Below, piece after piece: positions 1 to 6,223 of a DNA stretch of 10,504 nucleotides. Source of the DNA: an uncultured bacterium (lineage in GTDB: Bacteria; Abyssobacteria; SURF-5); the NCBI GenBank assembly GCA_964510165.1, contig CAZEBC010000143.1, positions 1 through 10,504 on the forward strand. Direction: 5' to 3'. Positions within the stretch are counted from its first letter, which is position 1. Every line of letters begins with the position of its first letter. The translations under genes were made by a program, and so were the position numbers. A model generated the notes under the pieces. That model saw nothing but the letters and a program-made list of their open reading frames with translations, was not told the origin of the DNA and made no database searches.

Positions 1-126
1 CTTCAACAGGAGATGCCCGAGTCTGTAAGCGTCTTCCACTGAAAGAATAGTCGCCTCTTCATGCTCTTTGACCCATTCAGACGCCGATTCTGAAGAACTG
101 AAGAAATGCACCTTGTCGCAAAAGGG
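1..126 (-). pseudogene. merB: C-terminal fragment of an organomercurial (alkylmercury) lyase MerB-like protein; 5' part missing, 3' end runs off the window
   Basis: My translation of the minus strand 126->1 gives PFCDKVHFFSSSESASEWVKEHEEATILSVEDAYRLGHLLLK. This matches the MerB C-terminal pattern (FCxxVHFFxS...W...H....ILSVxEAxxLG). The frame is closed upstream by TGA at 162-160 and has no ATG between there and the homologous part. Confidence 0.75.
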
Positions 127-438
127 GCCCTCGATCTCATCCTGACCGGCAGGGGCGTTTCAGGCGAGGAGCCTCTCCGGATGGGTCTTGCGAATCGGCT
201 GGCGCCCAAGAGCAAGGCCCTGGAGCATGCAATCCAGCTCGCTCGCGAGATCGCATCACGGCCCCAGGCAGCGTTGCGCAGCGATCGGCTCTCCTCTTAT
301 GAACAGTGGTCGCTCAGCCTTACCGACGCGCTCAGCGCCGAATGCCATCACGGCATGGCCACACTCAGGACCGGCCAGATGTTCTCCGGGCTCGACGATT
401 ACGCCTCCGGAGGCTGGAAGAAGGCTCCGCGGAAATAG
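127..438 (+). pseudogene. C-terminal fragment of a crotonase / enoyl-CoA hydratase-isomerase family protein (5'-truncated)
   Basis: ALDLILTGRGVSGEEPLRMGLANRLAP...AIQLAREIASRPQAALRSDRLSSYEQW is the typical crotonase C-terminal third. In-frame stops lie upstream (TGA 91-93 and 40-42), and the catalytic N-terminal two-thirds are absent. The ATG at 106 lies inside the antisense merB remnant. Confidence 0.8.
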
Positions 439-443
439 ACGAA

Positions 444-590
444 TCAGGTTCTCCGGATTTCAGAAGCGCAACGGTCAGACTTTACGAAACAGAAGTCTGA
501 GCAGGCGGGAGCGACTGAAGGTGCCATGATTATCAGCAGGACAAGTCCGATGTGAAGCATGAGACGCTTCGGGTACTCAGAGACCGGCAT
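444..590 (-). pseudogene. Possible short remnant of an exported protein (signal peptide followed by Cys-Ser-Asp-Phe)
   Basis: MPVSEYPKRLMLHIGLVLLIIMAPSVAPA|CSDFCF... has a basic n-region, a hydrophobic h-region and an AxA site. The ORF is only 48 aa long. Confidence 0.25.
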
Positions 591-880
591 TCCTTCGATC
601 CTGTAATACGCCCACCAACTGGGAAACGCGGGCGGGTTCTTTTTTCCAGATGAGCATGGTGACGAGCATGTTGCCCGTACGATCAAACGCGATATCGAGG
701 AACCTGGCCTGATAACCTGCGGCGGCTGAAGCTTGGCGAATACGGTCGCATCGCTTCCCGTCTCGCTTCTTCCCAATGAATCCTGCTCACACTCGTTTCC
801 TGCTCGAGCAACGTGATGGTAATGTCCGGCCGAGAAAGCGCTCCAATAAGGACCAGGATGACCGGCAGCATCGTCAAGCC

Positions 881-1594
881 TCATGCGGGAATCTTGGCGA
901 GCACGTTCTTCAGTTGAGTGAGAAGGCCGGGGTCAAGCCTTGTGTGAATCGTGTGGGAATACTCAAGCGTATAGTCGGGGGCCCGCGTGAGGAGGTCGAT
1001 CCTCACATCCTTTTGGCGAACGAGCCGGTTGAGCTCGAAGAGGTCGCCTCGCTCGAACAGGTAGAACTTGGTCTTGATCGTCTCCGCCGCCGCGCTCTGG
1101 CCGAAGCCCAGTTTGAACGCGATGGTCTGCGTGCCCATGTCGGGCTCGGCGGTGATCTCAACACCCTGCCCGTCGACGCCTCGCGCATCGTTCAGTTTGG
1201 CCATGAACACTACATTGTCGGAGGAATCGAGAGTGTGACAAAGGTCGCCGCTGGAGAAAAAGTTAACCATCCATTGAGGCAGCACGTAGTTCTCGCCGCC
1301 CTCCACAAGCAATTCCCGGTATTCATACGTCGGCATTGAGAGCGGCGTCGCCACCGGAACATCGGGTTCCATCTCCCGCACCTTTGAAACCTCAGCGACC
1401 ACGCGACCGCGTCGAGGTGTCTGTCCTTCGTCGTCAACGCGTCCCTCAGAGCGGGTCTTCTCAACGGCCTCGGCCCGGGCCTCCATCGCGGCGATGGTGG
1501 GCGTCTCAAGCTCGACCTTTGAAGCGTTGAACATATAGCACAACAGAACAAACGTGGCCACAACCAACAGTGAAAGCACGATAACAGAACCCAT
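881..1594 (-). CDS. Hypothetical protein with an N-terminal transmembrane anchor (237 aa)
   Basis: GGAGG RBS lies just upstream of the ATG at 1594 (minus strand cacGGAGGacaagATG). The protein has a hydrophobic N-terminus (VIVLSLLVVATFVLLCYMF), a charged linker and a globular-looking C-domain. It starts 54 bp downstream of the yihY-like stop on the same strand. Confidence 0.8.
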   Translation of the reverse strand: MGSVIVLSLLVVATFVLLCYMFNASKVELETPTIAAMEARAEAVEKTRSEGRVDDEGQTPRRGRVVAEVSKVREMEPDVPVATPLSMPTYEYRELLVEGGENYVLPQWMVNFFSSGDLCHTLDSSDNVVFMAKLNDARGVDGQGVEITAEPDMGTQTIAFKLGFGQSAAAETIKTKFYLFERGDLFELNRLVRQKDVRIDLLTRAPDYTLEYSHTIHTRLDPGLLTQLKNVLAKIPA

Positions 1595-1648
1595 CTTGTC
1601 CTCCGTGGTATGCGGTGCGTGTTACGCCTTGCGCCGAAAGTCCATCGT

Positions 1649-2947
1649 TCACGCCTTGCTCTGCTCGACCAGTTCCTGCATGCTGAGTCCGTCCAACGCC
1701 GAATCAAGCCCCGTCGCCACTTCCTCAAAAGCCTTCTTGAGCCGTCGCGAGATTGGGTCTTTGATGTCCACAGGCACGAGCATCTTGCTTCCCGTCGCCG
1801 CCTCGATCACTTCGCGAACGGTTATGTGAGATGGATGCCTCGCAGGAACGTATTCATTCTCCTCAGTAAACGTGATCAGATGCTTCTCGGACAGGCGGCC
1901 CAGGATATCTCCCACCACCTCGGCCGGAATCTTGATGCTGTCCAAAGCGTCCACGGTGCTCGTCTGTTGCTGCTCGGAATCGTTGAATCGTCTGACGATC
2001 TCGGCCATCGCGCGCACCGAGTAGAAGTCGAGATAGCGCACCGATTCGGCATAATCAGTCGTCACCTTTTCGCCATGGTATTGAACCGCGTACGCGACCT
2101 CTGTCCCGAACAGCACAATCAACCACGTCAAATAAACCCAAAGCAGGAACACGGGCACGGTGCCGAGAGACCCATAGACCTTGTCAAACGTCGCCATGTT
2201 CGTAATGTACCAGTTAAATCCGTTCTTCGCCATCTCCCACAACGTGCCACCCACCACCGCCCCGATAGCCGCAGCCCGAATGCGCACGTGCGTATAAGGC
2301 ACGAATTGATACATGAGCCAGAAAGCCGCCCACGTCAGCAGGTACCCGATGAACCTGAACCTCAGGGAGAAGACATCGGGACCCTGCGCAGCCAGTTTCG
2401 CGGCGATATAGAATGAAACAAAAACTAACAGCGGCGCCGCGGTGAGCACGGTCCAAAATGCCGTGAACTTGCTCAAAAACGGCCTGCGCTGTTTCGCATG
2501 CCATATCTCGTTGATTGTATGTTCGATGTTATTGAAAAGGAAGATCGCCGCGAGCAGGAGGGTCGTGACGCCGAATATGCCCAGCACCCCAACGTTCTCA
2601 ACATACTGAGTGAGATATTCCCGGACGATATCCGTGCGGGCAGGCACAAGGTTCCTGAACAGAAAATCCTGCACGCGTTCCTTTATGGCGCTGAACGCCT
2701 CCAGCTTGGTGAGCAGAAAGAAAAAGATGGCGCTGACAGGCACGAGCGCGAGCAGACTCGCAAACGCCAGCGCGCTCGCGCGAAGCACACACTTGTCGGC
2801 GAAGAACTCCTCGAATGCGCGAATGGCCACTCTGCCGGGATACAGCAGAATCTTCAGGTGCAGTGACGATTTCGAGATGTCGGCCTCACGAAATTGCTCG
2901 TAAAGCCCGGCGAGCCTATTGTGCCGTTTTGGGAACCTCTGCATCAT
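1649..2947 (-). CDS. YihY/virulence factor BrkB family inner-membrane protein with a C-terminal Rrf2-like winged helix-turn-helix (~432 aa)
   Basis: Family motifs: RASALAFASLLALVP, IEHTINEIW...RPFLSKFTAFW, MYQFVPYTHVRIRAAAIGAVVGG, VYGSLGTVPVFLLWVYLTWLIVLFGTEV. The C-terminal IPAEVVGDILGRLSEKHLI...YVPARHPSHITVREVIEA resembles the Rrf2 wHTH. The start is probably the ATG at 2947 or 2944; the track's 3244 start overlaps the divergent kinase. Confidence 0.9.
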   Translation of the reverse strand: MMQRFPKRHNRLAGLYEQFREADISKSSLHLKILLYPGRVAIRAFEEFFADKCVLRASALAFASLLALVPVSAIFFFLLTKLEAFSAIKERVQDFLFRNLVPARTDIVREYLTQYVENVGVLGIFGVTTLLLAAIFLFNNIEHTINEIWHAKQRRPFLSKFTAFWTVLTAAPLLVFVSFYIAAKLAAQGPDVFSLRFRFIGYLLTWAAFWLMYQFVPYTHVRIRAAAIGAVVGGTLWEMAKNGFNWYITNMATFDKVYGSLGTVPVFLLWVYLTWLIVLFGTEVAYAVQYHGEKVTTDYAESVRYLDFYSVRAMAEIVRRFNDSEQQQTSTVDALDSIKIPAEVVGDILGRLSEKHLITFTEENEYVPARHPSHITVREVIEAATGSKMLVPVDIKDPISRRLKKAFEEVATGLDSALDGLSMQELVEQSKA

Positions 2948-3228
2948 TACGTAATCCCAAGCATCATATGTCGTTGCTTGTTCCTCATGTCCGAATATAG
3001 CAGAGCGCAACTGGTTTGTCAATGCGGAGATGCAAAGTCTGCAAGAGGCACGGCACGCAGTTCCGCTGCCATATGCGTCTCCGAAACGCGCGGGCCGCGC
3101 ACCCGTGCACATCCCCTTGCGCCGCAGTTCCCGGTTTCGAATTGCGCTTCTAGCGTCTTCAAGCAGGCGAGACATACTAAAGCAATTAATAACGTCTCTT
3201 TTCGGCGCCATAAGATCGGCGGCATTCC

Positions 3229-4296
3229 ATGAAGACGGAATCAAAGGTCTTGGTCCTGGCAGTTGCCCTCGGCCTGTGCGTCGGCTTCGTTGACGCGCTC
3301 CTGGACTACCTCTTCTTCTACGACCTCCCCTTCCTCGACCTGCTTATCCTCGACGTGCCGCCGCATGAGATATACTTTCGTTCGCTCATCTTGGTCTCCA
3401 TGATCTCCATCGGGGCCATCGTCGGAAAGCTGCTTGCGAAATGCCGCCGCGTGGAACATGAACTGCGCGAGGCCCGCGAACATCTCGAGCGGCGGGTCGA
3501 GACGCGGACGGCTGAACTCGCCAGGTCCAGCGAACTCCTTAGACGTGAGATCGAGGAAAGAACCAGGACGGAACTCGAACTTCGCTCTTCCCAGGAAAAG
3601 CTCAGCGCGCTTTCTTCAACCCTCCTCTCCGCCCAGGAAAACGAGCGACAACGAATCTCGCTCGAACTCCATGACGAACTCGGCCAGTCGCTTGCGCTCC
3701 TTAAGCTGCGCCTGCGATCCATTGAACGAAAGCTCGACGCGGCGCGGCCGGAAATCAAGCAGGAGTGCGACGAGACAATCAATTCCCTCGATGAAATCAT
3801 TGAGAGCGTCCGCCGAATCTCTCACGACCTCTGCCCCTCCGTAATCGAAAGCCTCGGCCTGTGCGTCGCCCTCCGAAGCCTCATGAACGATTTCGCTAAA
3901 CATTTCGGCGTCAAGCTGACGCTCGACATGGAGCGCATCGAACATCTGTTCTCGCGCGAATCGCAAATCCTGATTTACCGAATCTTTCAGGAGGCCTTCA
4001 GCAACATCGGGAAGCACGCCCACGCGGAGAATGTCAGGGTTTCAATCAGGAAGGACGAACGCGCCATCATTATCCTGATCGAGGACGACGGAAAGGGATT
4101 CGAACCTGACATGATCAACTCCGGCAAACCCCGCCCAAGAGGAATGGGCCTCGCGGCCATGAAAGAAAGAGTGCGCATGCTCGGAGGGCAGATGACGATA
4201 ACCAGCCGTGACGGAGAGGGGACCCGCATACGCCTGACATTGCCGAGTCGCGTGAATCGAGAGTCCATTCCGCCCGGAATAGGTAATACTACCTAA
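3229..4296 (+). CDS. Membrane-bound sensor histidine kinase, HisKA_3 (NarX/UhpB/DegS-type) plus HATPase_c (355 aa)
   Basis: H-box ERQRISLELHDELGQSL, N-box IFQEAFSNIGKHAHA, G1 IEDDGKGF, G2 GMGLAAMKERVRMLGG. Two N-terminal hydrophobic segments and a coiled-coil linker (LERRVETRTAEL) precede these. Confidence 0.93.
   Translation: MKTESKVLVLAVALGLCVGFVDALLDYLFFYDLPFLDLLILDVPPHEIYFRSLILVSMISIGAIVGKLLAKCRRVEHELREAREHLERRVETRTAELARSSELLRREIEERTRTELELRSSQEKLSALSSTLLSAQENERQRISLELHDELGQSLALLKLRLRSIERKLDAARPEIKQECDETINSLDEIIESVRRISHDLCPSVIESLGLCVALRSLMNDFAKHFGVKLTLDMERIEHLFSRESQILIYRIFQEAFSNIGKHAHAENVRVSIRKDERAIIILIEDDGKGFEPDMINSGKPRPRGMGLAAMKERVRMLGGQMTITSRDGEGTRIRLTLPSRVNRESIPPGIGNTT
4280..4295. promoter_or_regulatory. 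Perfect inverted repeat TAGGTA-N4-TACCTA, candidate NarL/LuxR-family response-regulator box
   Basis: The palindrome is seen directly. Its half-site resembles the NarL-type TACYY motif. It lies about 26 bp upstream of the candidate -35 element. Confidence 0.4.
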
Positions 4297-4321
4297 TCTG
4301 CTCAATCCGGGCCAATTTCTC

Positions 4322-4351
4322 TTGCGCAGCTTATATCCAGTTCGGTATACT
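4322..4351 (+). promoter_or_regulatory. Candidate sigma70 promoter for the MCO/diheme operon
   Basis: TTGCGC (4322-4327), an 18-nt spacer and TATACT (4346-4351), in an AT-rich intergenic region. A second, perfect TATAAT lies at 4463-4468. Confidence 0.45.
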
Positions 4352-4622
4352 GATTATCAGAGTATTTGGAGCGTTTACCTCCAAAGGCGCGGCTTCGGTG
4401 AGATTGAACGACCAACACGCGGGGCTCTGATTCCTGAAAGGCAATAATCAATCCAAAATCAATATAATCGATAAAAGCGTAAAAGGGGAGTTGCTTGAAA
4501 GTGTATCATTTATTTACAGTAAGCGCCCTCCGCATTGGAAAATTGTCTGGGCGTGTGTGCGGGTGTACCCTTGGAGACCATACCCGGGGCATCGGTTTTT
4601 GCCATAACTTTTGGAGGACGTT

Positions 4623-6206
4623 ATGAAGAGGAGAGAATTCATCAAGATGGGGATGGGCGGACTTGCGTTCATAACGGCGGGCTCGGTCCTCGCCGGTCGG
4701 AAGGGCGGACTTGCCCACGCGGCCGCTCCGCTGCAACAGGGCGGCGTGACCTTGAACATCAACCTCACAATGGAAGAGGTCATGCTCGAGATGGTGGACA
4801 AGATTCCCGTCTACCATTGGGCCTATAGGGACCCGGTCAACGGGCTGCGCGTCCCGGGGTCGGTCATCGTGGCGGTGGAGGGCGACACCCTCAATTTCCG
4901 AGTGCGCAACCTCTTGCCCGGCGGAATCCATTCTTTCGCGGTTCCGGGCATCGCGGAGAGCCCCATTATCCCGAGGGGCGACACGGTATCTCTCAGTTTC
5001 GCAGCGCCCCCCGCTGGAACGTACATGTACTGCGATCCGCTTCAATTCGGCAAGAGCCGGGCGATGGGACTGCACGGGATGCTCATTGTTCTGCCCCGGG
5101 TCGGCAACACGCCGTACAGCAATCCGACGCCGGCGGTTCAACAACTCTTCAACCACCTTGGAACCTTGAACTGGTCTCCGGGGCGCGGTTCCGCGCATTA
5201 TCCGGGTCATCCCTGGGACCCCGACCGCTCGTTCATCTGGATTTTCCATACCGTCGATTCAGTCAAGCACGAGGCCGTCCGGCAGAACCCCGACTTGAGG
5301 GGCGAACCCTTCTTGGACGGCTATCGGCCCGACTATTTCCTCATCAGCGGCAAGAGCGGCTTCTTCCTGTCTCATGACGACCACATAGGTCCCCACGGAA
5401 ATGTCGGCCAGCCGGCCCTTATCCGCGCGATGAACGCAGGGCTGAACAACGCTTCTCCTCACATCCACGGCAACCACGTGTACATGCTTGCCGAGAACAA
5501 CGCGCTTGCGCAAACCCACTTGCCCCTTCCCCTGCCAGCGAACGGCCACATACACGAAAACGTGGTCCTGCTTGAGACGTGGACGATGAGGCCGGGTGAC
5601 CGGAAGGACCTCCTGCTGCCGTTCATGCTTCCGCCGGATATCCCCGTTGAGAGGGACGTGGATTTCACCTGGGCGCCGCTCTCGCTGGAGGAGAGAATCG
5701 GCAGAGGAGGCAGCGAAAAGGCGTGGCCTCCTATAGAGGAGCCGTTCCCGCTCGTGTATCCTATGCATGACCATGACGAAATCTCTCAAACTGCCGCGCA
5801 CGGCAACTATCCGCAAGGAGCAGTCCTCCACTGGCAAATTGACGGCGACATTGACATGGAGATCGTCGAGGACGTGTTCGGGGCCAACCGGAGGCAGGTC
5901 ACCCAGGTCGTGCCGGGCAAAGACGGCGTCATCCTGGTGGATGTCGCGGACGTGAACCTGGCGACCAGGACCCTGACCGTGACGGGCCGCTACTCCGGCC
6001 TGCGCGGCGACACGCTCACAATATTTGCCGGCTCGACACTTGACGGCCTGCAACTCGGACAGACAACGGTCACTCCCGACGGCACATGGGCATTCGTGCT
6101 GACGGTGAACCGGATACCGCCCGCTGCGCGGAACATGCGAACGATAAGCATACGAAACGAGAATACCGGCGCCACACGGCTGGGTGTTCGCTTCCAGATA
6201 GTTTAA
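4623..6206 (+). CDS. Tat-exported cupredoxin/multicopper-oxidase-like protein, 'subunit A' (527 aa): two cupredoxin domains plus a C-terminal Ig-like beta domain
   Basis: GGAGG at 4613-4617 precedes ATG 4623. Tat signal MKRREFIK...LAHA. MCO-fold motifs PGSVIVAVEGDTLNFRVRN and APPAGTYMY. Domain 2 has SPHIHGNH (5460-5477) and YPMHDH (5766-5774). Confidence 0.88.
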   Translation: MKRREFIKMGMGGLAFITAGSVLAGRKGGLAHAAAPLQQGGVTLNINLTMEEVMLEMVDKIPVYHWAYRDPVNGLRVPGSVIVAVEGDTLNFRVRNLLPGGIHSFAVPGIAESPIIPRGDTVSLSFAAPPAGTYMYCDPLQFGKSRAMGLHGMLIVLPRVGNTPYSNPTPAVQQLFNHLGTLNWSPGRGSAHYPGHPWDPDRSFIWIFHTVDSVKHEAVRQNPDLRGEPFLDGYRPDYFLISGKSGFFLSHDDHIGPHGNVGQPALIRAMNAGLNNASPHIHGNHVYMLAENNALAQTHLPLPLPANGHIHENVVLLETWTMRPGDRKDLLLPFMLPPDIPVERDVDFTWAPLSLEERIGRGGSEKAWPPIEEPFPLVYPMHDHDEISQTAAHGNYPQGAVLHWQIDGDIDMEIVEDVFGANRRQVTQVVPGKDGVILVDVADVNLATRTLTVTGRYSGLRGDTLTIFAGSTLDGLQLGQTTVTPDGTWAFVLTVNRIPPAARNMRTISIRNENTGATRLGVRFQIV

Positions 6207-6223
6207 GCAGAGGAGACACGAAC

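Noticed and set aside
106-438. Intact 110-aa crotonase gene
   Set aside because: It covers only the C-terminal third of the fold, and its first codons are antisense merB-like sequence.
1610-2416. 268-aa plus-strand ORF (also 776-1339 and 2498-2866)
   Set aside because: Antisense to the yihY-like and hypothetical genes; no family signature.
3045-3150. Possible sigma54 promoters (GGCACG... and GGTTTCGAATTGC)
   Set aside because: The GG-to-GC spacing is not the required 10 nt.
2948-3244. 99-aa N-terminal extension of the YihY ORF in the track
   Set aside because: It overlaps the divergent kinase start and has no YihY similarity. The region is better explained as the divergent promoter region.
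4356-4431. tRNA (76-nt structured segment)
   Set aside because: No T-loop GTTCRA, no D-loop consensus and no four-arm cloverleaf.
6086-6223. Upstream start for subunit B, and likewise 7533 for the diheme gene and 4611 for subunit A
   Set aside because: Better RBS-ATG pairs exist at 6224, 7662 and 4623. The 6086 extension overlaps the previous gene, the 7533 extension translates the REP element, and the TTG at 4611 runs into the RBS itself.
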